DNA of 64,000 nucleotides from Podospora anserina (lineage: Eukaryota): positions 1,612,001-1,676,000 of the forward strand of contig CM030336.1 in the NCBI GenBank assembly GCA_017654855.1, written 5' to 3'. The notes beneath the pieces are model-generated. The model made no database searches, was not told where the DNA came from, and saw only the letters and a list, made by a program, of their open reading frames with translations. A program made the position numbers and the translations under genes. Positions 38,077 to 50,098 of the stretch are shown piece by piece (the stretch's first letter is position 1; each line of letters opens with the position of its first letter).

Positions 38077-39598
38077 TCAAGTGAGAAGCTGAAGGGTGCA
38101 ATCATTCCAGCATAAATACCCCCTGGGATTTTATGTCTGTCCAATATACACTACAGTATGGGGTCCTGACTATTACACCCCGTTCATCTATCAAACCTGC
38201 ATAAGCGCGCGGTCACAATTCCCTTGATACGAGCCCAAAGTTGGGAACAGGCATTACCTCGTCAACTCCTGGTAGCACTCGCACCCCAAAACCAACACCT
38301 CTGACCATTCTGCGCCTTGTCCGTTGCGCCATCAGGCATGGCGCTACTCACCGGCTATTTCCCCAGGTTCTGGGCACTTTATCCATATTCCCACGTGTGC
38401 CTTGCATCTATTTCTACTTCGGCTATTTACCCATGGGCCGGTCGTCCTTGATGCAGCATGTTTGCGGGGATCTGTGGGAAAAGCTACTTTGTGATTGTAA
38501 TTCTCCGGTTGGCGGAATATTTCTATTTCGTCTCTATAGCAGTCTCTTCTTTATGTTGAGCGATGAGTGGAGGGAATCAATTCAAGTTTTTTGAAGAAGC
38601 AATATTAATCTCTACTGGCCAATCCAAGTTCAAGATTGACATACGAAGATCGGACCAAGGGGATTCAAAGATCAGATGAGTCGAATACCTAGTTATCTCG
38701 ATTCTATCCAAGCATTGCTGCACTCCTCCGGATATGGGTTGAGGTACACGGGTAGATTTGAAGACTTATTATCTTACTTCAAGTTCCTTTCTGTGATCCT
38801 GAGCCTGGACAGGCTGGCAGAGGCTTGGAAGTGTTTTGTGCCACCTGCATCCGTGCAACAGAGCTATGGCGTCATTTCACCAGACTCTTTGCCACTTGAT
38901 CAGACGACATAGTTCTGAAACGCCATCCCAAAGATTCCCAAAACCTCATCTCTTCGCCGAGAGGGATATCCTAGCCTCATGAGAACAAAAAGACAGACAC
39001 TGTCACAAGGATGTCAAGATACAATCCCGGCCTTGAAACCACACACTCGGGTCACCATCACACACTGACTCGCCACGAGACACCGGAACCGGTCTTCGAT
39101 CTGACATCCTGGGTAGCATTTCTACCGAAGCCAGCGCCGGAACAGGTCAACATCGACTTCGATTTCAACGGTCCCCCGATCATGTCGCCCCGGACTCGAC
39201 AATGAACCGAAGGCCTTGGGCACCCCCTGCCAGCTCAAACCCTTCTTAGCTCCCGTCAGATCAACTCCACCATGGGACCGTATTCGTGCAATCACACCAC
39301 TATATCTTGATGTTTCCCCTTTTCCTTGTTCCTGTTTCTTTTTCTGGCAAAGACAACCATCTTTCTTCACCAACCCCTTTTTCCTTTTTCCTTCCTCTCT
39401 TCATTTTTGTCGGTAAAGCTCCGGGCAGAACTTTGGCCGACTCTCTTTTTCTCCTCATCCCCGTTCGCTCTTCTTCTTCCTCCCGGTCAAGGCTGAGGCC
39501 TTGCCCTCGTTTGTGATACCCCTATCTTCCCACCGGTCGACACCGCGCCTCTCGTTCACTGTCCACTCTTCTCCTGCTCACCACAAAAAAACACCATC

Positions 39599-40827
39599 AT
39601 GTACCCCCTTTCTACCCAAAACACCCTCCTGCCGCTGGCGGCCTTCCTTCTCCCTTCCCTGGTCTCCGCCCACGGTGTCATCCTCGCCGCCCAAGGCGAG
39701 GCCGATTCCCCCCCTTCCGTCGGCTTCATGGTCAACGACGCCATCGCCCGCAACTGCACCTCCATCAACCCCTGCCAGATGGACACAACCATCATCCGCG
39801 ACGCCGAAATCGCCGCCGGCACCGTCAACTCCTGCGGCCGCACCAAGCTCAACGGCAACATCGACGTCGGCACCGTGACCGAAAACGCACTCGCCGAAGG
39901 CGCCGTCACGGCCGTGAGACAAGGATCCAGCGTCGACGTGACGATCCACCAGGTCAACGCCGACGGCGCAGGACCTTACACCTGCGACTTGGACGAAGGG
40001 TCCAACTCGGGAATCATGTCCCACGAGCTGGTCGTGAGCAACAATATCCCTGGACAGAATGGACTTAGTCAGGCTGCTGAGCAGGAGTTCACCATCACGG
40101 TGACCATGCCGGATGATATGAAGTGCATCGGTGGTTCGACGGGGAACGTGTGTACGGTTAGGTGCAGGAATGCTGCTCAGGCGGGGCCTTTTGGAGGTTT
40201 GATTTCCCCCCCTTTTCCCACCCACTTCTGTCCAGCTCTCATAGGTACTGACACTGTCATGAAGGATGCTTCGCGGTCCAACAAATCGACGTTGAGCCCG
40301 CTATCAACACCGCCAAGGACATCACCACAGCCGACACGCTCGAAGCAGCCCAGTTTCAGACCTCGGCTAACCAAGCCGCCTTTGCCGCCGCTGTTGATGC
40401 CAACGCCAAGGCTGGCTCTTCGGAGCAGGAACAAAACCTCGCTGCTGTCGAGGCTATCCTTGCGCTGAGCACCGTTTCTGCCGAGTTTCCTACTTTGACT
40501 CCGACGATCAACACGGAGAGGATTGTGCCTACGGGTACGGGTGGTGCGCAGCCTACTGCTGCTTTGGGCAGTACTCCGTTCCCTGTTGAGAATGGTGACG
40601 GCAACAACGGAAATGGCAACGGGAACACCGGCAACGACAATCCCGACGCTGGCGTGAATCCATTCCCTGTTGAGGATGGCAATGGCAATGACAACGGTAA
40701 CGGCAACGGCAACGGCGGTGGTAGCGGCAGAGGCAGAGGCAGGGGCGGCCGCAACAGGAATCAAAAGAGATACCACACCGTCGAGGAGCTCCTCAAGCGG
40801 TTCGTCCTCCCCGATGATGGCAACTAA
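39599..40827 (+). CDS. Secreted Egh16/GAS1-like (DUF3129) protein
   Basis: Signal peptide then HGVILAAQG; family motifs CQMDTTIIRD, CGRT, GNID, HQVNADGAGPYTC, CTVRCRN. An intron at 40197-40264 gives GPFGGCFAVQQ. Confidence 0.88.
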
Positions 40828-41092
40828 GGGTCTCGCAACTGGGCTGGCTCCAGGGATTGAGGAAAAGAGCTTCATCTTATTTCCCCTATCATACCCCCTT
40901 GCCTAGACTATAGTAACGACATATGCACCATGGCTAGAGTACATAAGCAAGTAGTTAGTTAGCCTTCAATGAAACCACCCCAGCAACGAAAAGCTTATAT
41001 CCCACCCGTGAGTTCCTCAACTCCAAAAAAAAAAACTCCGCGTTTACATTCTTCCCCCCCCGCCCCCACCACCTACCTCCCCAACATCCTCT

Positions 41093-41782
41093 TCACCCTT
41101 CCATTCTCGTTCTCCTCCTCCACCACCCCGGCAATCTACCCACCTCCCCCTCGCCCGACGGATCCGTATCAGTCATCAACGGCGGCCTCACATAAACCGA
41201 ATACCACCCTTCCTCCCCCTGCCCCAAAACATCATACATCCCAACATACTCCCCAACATAAATATACATCCACCCCACATCCTCCCCTTGCTCGCCCGTC
41301 TTTCCATCCTCCCACAACATCCCCTCCTCCTTCTTGCCATCACCTCCTTCCTCCTCGGCCGGCACCCACCCCCGCTTGACAACCGGCATCAACATCCTCC
41401 CCCTATCCATCGACTCAAGACAGATGTCATCCGCCGTGAGACAGTACTCCCACCTTGATGATCCCTCAGGAACAGCTTGTTCCGACGACACCCACTTGTC
41501 GAAATGGCTTCTTACCGCGTGGGTGTCCAGCCCGGCGTATTTCTCCGAGTCGGAGAATATCGGTTGGGAGTGGGATCTGGCGAGGGAGGGGAGGCGGTAG
41601 ATTTCTCTTAGGGTGGACCTGACGTTTGTTTGGAGGAGGGAGAGGAAGGTTGGCCAGGCGGTTGGGGAAAGGGGCGAGTGAGTGGTGCGGTAGATGGGGA
41701 GGCCCCAGGGGGAGGTGGGGTGGTGGGTGAGCTGGTTTCGGAGGGTTTCCAGGCCGGGAGGGTGAGGGGAGGAGGAGGTCAT
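41093..41782 (-). CDS. Conserved fungal hypothetical protein
   Basis: Likely start MTSSSP; WGLPIYRTT, VRSHFDKW, CLTADDICLES and VGWMY segments are typical of a widespread uncharacterised ascomycete family. Confidence 0.55.
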   Translation of the reverse strand: MTSSSPHPPGLETLRNQLTHHPTSPWGLPIYRTTHSPLSPTAWPTFLSLLQTNVRSTLREIYRLPSLARSHSQPIFSDSEKYAGLDTHAVRSHFDKWVSSEQAVPEGSSRWEYCLTADDICLESMDRGRMLMPVVKRGWVPAEEEGGDGKKEEGMLWEDGKTGEQGEDVGWMYIYVGEYVGMYDVLGQGEEGWYSVYVRPPLMTDTDPSGEGEVGRLPGWWRRRTRMEG

Positions 41783-42407
41783 CTTTCTGGATGGTGGGGG
41801 GGAGGGATGGTTTCTGATGATGAGGGTTGATGTGCGGAGAGGGTTCGGACGCTTGGGTGGGAGGTTGAGGACAATGGCATGAGAGGGGAGGGTATATCGT
41901 TTTGAGAAGTTCATTGGAATGAATGGTAGGGATGACCTGAAGATGTCGTGTGCGGTTCTTGACGGTGAGGTGAATGAGAGGCACGCAAGAACCGGGGGCT
42001 CACTCGGGCAAAGTTTGATGGGTGAGGTACCTAATGCATTGGTTGTCCCAGCTCTGTGCTTATTTCTCATGGTCCGATCTGGCTAATCACAGGGCTGTAA
42101 CACTCGAGAGCGCAGGCTTTGCGCGCTGGGAAACGGGTCGATATTAAGGGAGGGGCGGTAGTGCCATCTTCTCTGGCGTTTTAAGCTGCAGTACGACACG
42201 CGAGGTAAGGCTTCCAGTGATGATTACCATCGAACGACCGGAATAATCGTACACCACCAAGGCGCGTTTGATTCAGGTTTGCTCACAAGTACCTACCTAC
42301 CTTCCTCCAAGAGAAACACGAACTACTTACCAAGGCTATATAGACCGGCCATCAATCACACGCCGCCCAGCACCACACCCCAATGATCCCCACCTGGCTT
42401 CTTCCGA

Positions 42408-45400
42408 CTAATCCTGGACTGGAATATCATAATGGAAAACCAGCTTCCCTAGCTTCGGATCCATCAGCTTATTCAGCTCTGTCGCCGTGTTATAGAGCTC
42501 TTTGGCTGCCTCATTAGTAACAAGGTTTGCCCCCTAGCCCGGTCCCAGGTTCGAGCTGATTTCCCGAAGCTGATACAGCATATACTCGGTTGCTATTGTT
42601 GTCATGCGCGAAGACACGGCAGCTTCGTGCTGGCGCCAGACTTCGAGGGCGCCTGTCAAGCCCATGAAAGACTCGAGCAGTTGGAACTCGCGGGCAAGGG
42701 CGGCGCGGGTTATCTCCCAAGACAGGGCAAGATCGTTAGAGTTCATGTAAGAGAAAACGCCAAAGGTCTGAGGGAATGAGCAACGGATCAGTGGTTGCCT
42801 CTTCATGTTGATTTCTCTTCATGTAGTGTGGGACACTGAAGGGCCTGGGTTTTCCCAGACCCACACCGGTTTGCTCTTGGGGCTGGATTTTCTTACTGTT
42901 TTCTTCTTAACCAACAACCAACTACTGTAATACTAATTTGTTTACCATTTTCTGGCCAATTTTGGCCTCATTTTCGCAGCCAGTGACTTTCCTAGGTCAC
43001 CAGCCCTACATGTAGCTACCTTTTGCATGACCCCCAAGATCTTCTGGGCTGCTTGCATGTCGGAAGTTGTCATCACCTGTCGCATCAAGGATTGAAACAC
43101 GGCGGGGGCCATTGGCTTGTTCCCGAGCACCAACGCCATTTTGATCTTGTTCATGTCGTTGGGGAGGACAGACATGCCGGTTCGGAAAGCTGTTGATCCC
43201 ATGATGGTGAACATGCGGTCGTTCGGTGTCACTGGTGGAGTCCACCCCTTGACGTCTGTGACAATGGCGCCGAGCTGTGGCAGGTGGATGTTCTCCGGAT
43301 ATGCCTTGTGCCACACATCCAGGAGGACTTGCGGATTGAGCTCGCCAGAGGTCAAGCCTGTCCGGGCCCAAGCTGGTATGATTGAGAACTGACTGTGTTT
43401 TAGTTCGACAATGCTCAGCGGAAACTTATCGGGCGTCCTTCGGCACAGAACTTACATCAAGCAAATGTTCAGCGTCATATCTCAGCTTTCCGGCAAGTGC
43501 AGGCAGGCTGTCTGGCTTCCACCACTGGGCCACCGTGCCAGCGCAAACGTCCTTGGCCATCCCAAAGCCGGCCTTCAACCTCAGCGTCTCGGATCCGGAA
43601 CCTTCAAAAGTCCCCGGGCCGGTTCTGTACTTCATGGATTTCATTACCAGATTCCCAGCGCCCTTGATGCCAGCCGCACTGGAACCTGCCAGTGTTTTGA
43701 CCGCGACTGTCATTGACCTTCGGACTCCAAAGCTTGAGGGGGCTCTTGCTTCGAGTCCCACGCCTGTATGATCCGAGAGCGTGTCGTCGACCTCGTCATC
43801 GCTCTCGCTCAGGGGCTCGGGACCGTAGGCGTACCAGGTCTGACCGCGAACCGCGGATGAGCCCGCAGCAATAGCACGGCTGGTCACGGTCAACGTGTCT
43901 CTACTGGGCCCATCTCCGTTAGGATAATCGGCACCATCATCCGTTTCACCTTCGTCTGGGTCCGAACACCCCCCACCATCCAGAACAGAGCGAATCTTGG
44001 AATTGCATTCAGCAACCGGGTTCAGTGACTCTTCGTTCACTTCACAGCAGAGAGCTCTCTTTCGCCACCCTTGTTATGAAGGCCCATTGTCAGCAATGCT
44101 GTCGTGGCTCGGAGGGTTTCTTCAGCACGAGACGCAAGACTCACAATTGCAAGGGTAATCGGCATCCCCATAGTCGTTCGTAGCCAGGAAGATCTCATGT
44201 CTCTCGCAGTTAGGAACCGCACAGTCCTTGCTCCCTACCCAATGGCACTTCTTGCAGGGAACTGGCTTGTTCTTGGGACAGCAGTAGTCGTTGCCCACCG
44301 TCCTCCCCCAGCGCTTATGAAGAGATGAAGGAAGGGTGATGGAACCATTCCGCTTCTTGAGCGACTCATCGTACTTCCAGCACTTTTCATGAATGTCGAT
44401 GGCGTAAGCGACCTTTTCCTCGTCGGCCTTGCAGTGCTTGCCGCTGCGGCTTTTGTGTCAGTTGGCACCAGACACAGGCACCTAAAGGGAAATGGAGATT
44501 TCTCGGAAAGGAACGAGCATACCATGCTTCAGTCCAGTTAGGTAGTCAGTTCCCATCCCAAACCAGACTCCCAAAACGGTTGGCTTGGTTTTGCGTGAGA
44601 GAGAACTCAGGCTCACCTTCTTGGCCTTGCAGCCATGAGCATCATACCCAACAAGCTCTTTCGTCGTCTTCAACTCCAGCGCCCCCTTGTAAGCTGTGAT
44701 ATCCTCCTCAATCTTGTCCAGCATCTCACAGCCTTGCCCCAGAAACGAACTGGTATCGGTGATGACCTTTTCCATGTCATTCACCTGCTCCAGGCTCCCT
44801 CGCTTCCCAAGCTTTTCATTGCCCGTCAAGGCCTTGTGCGCGTTGTTGTCATAGTCACCGAGATCTGACGCCCAGATCAGCGAACCGGACAGTTCGAGGC
44901 TGTCAGCCCATTTGACCTTTTGCGCAAATGTCTCCCTGTCGTCGAACGAGATCCACTGGTCGTTGTCCCAGGAGAAGTACTTGACGGCGGCCTCTCTGTC
45001 GTGAATCACTTGGATGGTACGCTTCTTCTTGTTTTGCTTGGCGACGATGTCTTGGACCTCGTGGTGGGCAAGGTCTTTTCGGTACGTAGTAGGCAGGGGG
45101 TTTTGTTAGCTTGGTCTATCTATGTTGGTTCAACCTTGATGACAACTCATACCCGCTTGTACCGGTGCAGACACCTTTCTCGGCACCACCTTTGAAGGGG
45201 CAGCCAGGTTTCGTGCAGGAGGGATTTGGGAGCGTGAAGGCTCGGCCGTAGAATCCGAAACCGAGCGCGACTTGGGGATGGGGGGATGTTGACTCTCCAA
45301 AGCAGCTCGCAGGCAAGCTTGATCTCGGTCAGGTTGGTGTGCCCCTGAACAATATTCCCGCCGTGGAGCGTGATGTCAGCAAGCAAACAGCTATCCGCCT

Positions 45401-47140
45401 CGCACAAACCAATGCGGAAACAGGAAAGCGACTCGGCTTACATCGGATTGTCTCCATCCCACACTCCATGCAGGTCATACGACATCAGATTCAACCAATC
45501 GGCATACTTCATCAAGCCTGGCAGGTCGAACCACTTCAAGTACCAGTACGAAGAAGGGGCAGTAAAGGTGAGGCCCAGCCTTCTACCTGACTTGTCAAAT
45601 GCCTCTCGTAGCGTCTTGAACAGCTCGACATAGTTCTTGGTGTCATCCGGCTTGCCCCCGCGGTCTGGTGCGCCTGGGTACTCCCTTTCAGATGTTAATG
45701 CTTTTCATCTCGACATGTGAACCACAAGCTTACCAGTCAAGATCAGCACCGTCAAAGCCGTACCGATTCATGAGCTTGAGTAAGGCACGCGCAAATTTCT
45801 GACGGTTGGCAGCAGTTCGGGCAATGTTGCCAAACACGGGCTGTGTTGCTGTGCCATTATCGCTGAATGTCCACTGTCGTTCGTCAGCTCATTAGACACA
45901 CGTTACTGCTGTGGGGGTACGAAGGTCAAGACTTGCTCCGCCGATGGACACATATATCCGAAGCGAGGGTTTGATGCCCTTCAAGTCGACAACATCCTGA
46001 AAGGTCTTCGCCGGTGTCTGTGCATCCATAGTGGTGATTTCGAAACTGGAAGGGTCGATGTAGGCGAAGGCATAGTTGATGTGTGTCAAGCCGTCAACTG
46101 TGATGGGCATCTGTTGTCAACTGTGTGGTCAAACACAGCACTCGGCACGGCGACGAGCTTACCTGGTAAATCACGAGCGTTTGTCTGGTGGCATTTTGAT
46201 CTGTCGTTCCATGCCTCCCAGTATCCAATGACTTCAGATGTCAGCATGTTCTGCGTAGGTGTCCCCACGGAGCCATTGCATGATGTGTGAAAAGTAAAAG
46301 AGTACCAACCTTTACTAAGCTAAGCGTCTTCCCACCGCCGCCCCCCCGGGGGTGCAGGATGTTCGATACAATTGGACTGACAGCCAGTAGTGCAGAACTC
46401 TGAGAAACAAGTCAACAACCAGTTACTCCGTAGTGAGCTTGTGTTATTTGGCTCTTGTAAGGAGACATACCTGAAGTCGTGCCGCAAAATCCATGCTGTG
46501 AACAGCTGGTAGCACAAAATGATCATCATTAGCCAACACACCTGAGTGACAGCCACGGTCAGCACGATGGAAACCTTCTCACCAGGTGTTCAAGGGGCAT
46601 GTCGTCCCTGGGATTTTGGAATATTTTCCACACTCGGCAGTAGCATCGCAGTTGCTCGAACAGCCAGAACCGCAGTACGTTGGCCCATAGCCGCAGAAGC
46701 CATCTTTTCCGTAGCCATTCCCAGGCCTCATGATCCCCTACAAGCAGCTAGGGTTCAGCGACAAATGCCTGACATCAGTTAACACGACACTGCCGTCATG
46801 TCCTGGCTGGCTTCACACACATACAGGCATCGGGTAAGCCACGCCCGTTTTTTCTTGATCGATGTGGGTGAGAGAATGCTCATGCTGATATGTCGCTTCA
46901 CTCAGCGATGCAAGCTTTCAGCTCTTAGAAGATTGGCAGCTTCGAGAACTATGTGATTCTTCCTGCAGAAAAGAGCTTGGCAATCTGCGCAACTCAATCA
47001 AGCCGGCTTGTACCGCGAAACAAGATCTTGTAGTCCCTGGGGGTGCGGCGGTATTGCTTATCCAGGTAGGTCTCAGGGTGTTTTCGCCATTCCGTCGTGC
47101 CCAACCAGATTTGCATGTAAATCTCTAACAGCTTTCTCAG
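42408..47140 (-). pseudogene. GH18 subgroup-C (killer-toxin alpha-like) chitinase with CBM18 modules, disrupted
   Basis: Hevein-like GFCGYGPTYCGSGCSSNC...CPLNTCCSQHGFCGT; GH18 core THINYAFA, SIGGW, FDGADLDW/EYP, MSYDLHG, GFYGR, WISFDD, IWASD. Lesions include a +1 base at ~45275, a G-run shift plus 5-bp duplication at 46315-46345, an in-frame TAG at 42534-42536, and no identifiable start or signal peptide. Confidence 0.85.
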
Positions 47141-47147
47141 TCTCAAT

Positions 47148-49320
47148 CTTTGCCGACCGTTATCTTTATGCAGTCGAGGCGGGATGTGTGAAGGATCCGT
47201 AAGACTTACCTCCCTCGAGTTTTCCAGGCTCCCCTTAGAAGAAAGGCTAACATCATGCCTCTTAGTGCCAGTGGTCAATACTGCGACGCCATCGTGGCCA
47301 CCTGGAAGAACCGTGATAACTACACGGACGCCCAGAAATGTTCCGACTGTGAACTCGGCCTGGGTAAGGCGCAGCTCTCGTCCCCCTTCGGATACGACGC
47401 CGAAGCGGCGGCAGGCTTCTCTTCCTTGACCCAGAGCTGCAAAAAGACCGGGTACAACTACGCGACCCCCACCTCATACGCTCTCAACTCCGCTGGGACG
47501 GCACCGCCGCCGCAGCGCACCCGTAGCACAGGGACTCAATACGTCGTCAAGGCTGGCGATACTTGTCGGACCATCGCGGGACTGGCCGGGGTTGGATCCT
47601 ACCAGCTGATCAACGAGAATGGCCTCGACCTTAGCTGCAATCTTTTGCCGCCTGCGGGTGAGTCCATCTGCATACCGGAGAAATGCGAGACGTTCGAGTT
47701 GGTGGTGGATCAAACCTGCGACGACATAATGAAGGAGTATGGCATGACCAAGGCGCAATTTGCTGGCCTGGAATCCCTTCATCAACCCGTCGTGCAGGCA
47801 TCTTGGAGACTGGAGAGGCTGGTTTCTTTGCGCCAGGTAAATGGCAATTCAGCTCAATTTTCAGCCTGACACGGGTGAGTGCTGACGCTGGCAAGCTCAC
47901 CGAGCGGTACTGTCCCGGTTCAAGAGGGAGATGCGGTCACCACCGACGCCCCTCTGCCGACAAATCACCATCCTGATTCGAACAAGCACTGCGGTCAGTG
48001 GTATGTTGTAAGTACCATGGCTGCCCTGCTGGTTAATGTCAAAGATGGCACAGTTGCAGGATAAACACTGACATAGGTACTCCCCAGGTCCAACCTGATG
48101 AATATTGTCAGATGATATCCCTCAAGTTCAGCATTTCCGTTGATGGCTTCTACTTTCTCAACCCAAATCTCGACAAAAACTGCACCAATTTGTGGAAAGA
48201 CACAGCCTACTGTGTCAAACCGGTCGGAAACATCGTGACGTACCCAGGCTACAAGACATCGACTGCCACCACCAGCTTCACTCGCCCAACCCCACAGCCC
48301 ACAGCATCGGCGGCACCTATCCCCATACCTACTCTACACCCCAAAGCGCCGGGGACAGTGAATGAATGTTTTCTTCACAGGAATGCCTGGGAAAGCTCCT
48401 TCATGGCAAATAATCCACTTTTCGCGGGCGGCAACAACTGCACCTCGTGGGCCAGTGTCGGCGACGTCACTATCCAACAACTTTTGGAGTGGAACCCCAG
48501 TTTGTCCGCAACCAAGTGCGAGTTCAAGCCCGGATCAAGCTACTGTGTGCGGAAGTGGGAAACAGAACGTACGCTCTTCCCGAGCCCTCTATTCCAAAAC
48601 TTTGCTTCATGGGTAAACAGCAACTAACAAGCAGAACCAACCCAGCACCTCAACCAGAACCGCCCCACGATTATTGCCTCCCAGCTGACCCTTCACGAAT
48701 CCCAGACACAACCCTCCAGCCCAAAGATTGCAGCTGTTACTTTGGTCTGCGGGCACAAGACAAATGTGTGTGGAAAACTCCCCCTCCAATTCCCTCCACC
48801 ATGAAAACATCAACTGACACGAAGACCAGCCTTCTTCAACTGTACCCAATTCCCACTCAACTTCGACATCACCCTCTCCACTGTCCTCACCCTCAACCCA
48901 TGGCTTGGCTCCACCCCCACGACCTGCAACCAAAACCTCTGGACCCGTATGAACATGGATGGCTTCATCCAACTGTGTGTCGAGCGAGCTGGCACCGGCA
49001 CTCCCTCCCCCGCCACGACAAGCAAAGCCTCCATCTCTACTCCCACCAAGCCACCCACCTCAACGCAGAGACCAACCACCACCCCATCAAGCATCACAAA
49101 ACCACCCGCCTCAACAGCAGCCCCGAACCCCCCAGCGCCAACCCAACCAGGTGCTAACCCCTCCTGCAAGAAATGGCACGTCGTTGTAGGTGGAGACGGC
49201 TGCTGGGCAATCTCCAACCAGTACGGCATCGCCCTGGAGGATTTCTACAAGTGGAACCCCGGCGTGGGGAGCGATTGCGGTGCGCTGTGGAAAGATTGAG
49301 CCGTTTGCGTTGGGGTTTGA
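47148..49320 (+). pseudogene. Multi-LysM protein (about six fungal LysM modules), disrupted
   Basis: LysM modules include YVVKAGDTC...ICIP, LNPNLDKNCTNLW...YCV, LEWNPSL...YCV, and WHVVVGGDGCWAI...FYKWNPGVGSDC. There is a frameshift at ~47760 (AQF/LAWNP), a premature TGA at 49297-49299 before AVCVGV*, and no 5' end. Confidence 0.82.
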
Positions 49321-50026
49321 AAAGCAGGTTTGTTCAGTTGCGTGCCTGTTTTCATCGGCAGGTTCTCTCACAAACGGGTTCGACGGATGGTATGGATACC
49401 AGCAGACGCTTTTCATGCTTCTACCTCTTGCACCCAGCTACGTTCAATGCTGCTCCAATACCTCATGCCCAGTGTGTGAGCACCTAAGCGATGAAGAGCA
49501 CCGGTGAAAACCAGCATGTAATAATCACCCACCCCCCCCCTTCCTCCTCCCACACGTCCTTGCATCATGTCCTCTCTCCTCAGTCCTCAAAAGCATCCAG
49601 GCCAAATTGTGCAACCCCCACAACTCCCAACACCTCGGTCTCCCCGCGCCTTTTTCTGCAACCAAATCTGCAACCCCTTTCCCAAACCACAAAGCCCGAA
49701 ACCCCCCCGCAAAAGGGCCACGCCGCACACTCCGCCCGCCCGCCTCTGCTACACACGACTGAAACTCTCCCCAACCAAATGCGGTCCTCAAACATCAAAC
49801 AAAGGTTTTTACCCTTTTTGTTGTCCATCTTTCATTATCCAAGCCCTTGTGCTGGGTAGGTGTCTTGAGAGACATGCCTGACTTTCCCAGACAAGACTGG
49901 CAACTCCATACGCACTGCAAGAACAAGAACAATCCCAGAGGGACACAAAAGCAAAACATGGGAAAAGTGTGTTACTACTGTAATGTGGCGAGGGCGTGGA
50001 AAAGAAAAACATGCAAAAGAAGAATA

Positions 50027-50098
50027 TGCGGCCATCGGGAATCGAACCCGACTCTAATGCTTGGAAGGCATTAATGCTAACCACTACACCATGGCCGC
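50027..50098 (-). tRNA. tRNA-Gly (TCC)
   Basis: Minus strand reads GCGGCCATGGTGTAGTGGTTAGCATTAATGCCTTCCAAGCATTAGAGTCGGGTTCGATTCCCGATGGCCGCA, a full cloverleaf with anticodon TCC. Confidence 0.95.

Noticed and set aside
38350-38430. Two GGCTATTT motifs upstream of the GH30 gene as XlnR/Xyr1 sites
   Set aside because: Match only a relaxed short consensus; not distinguishable from chance without conservation data.
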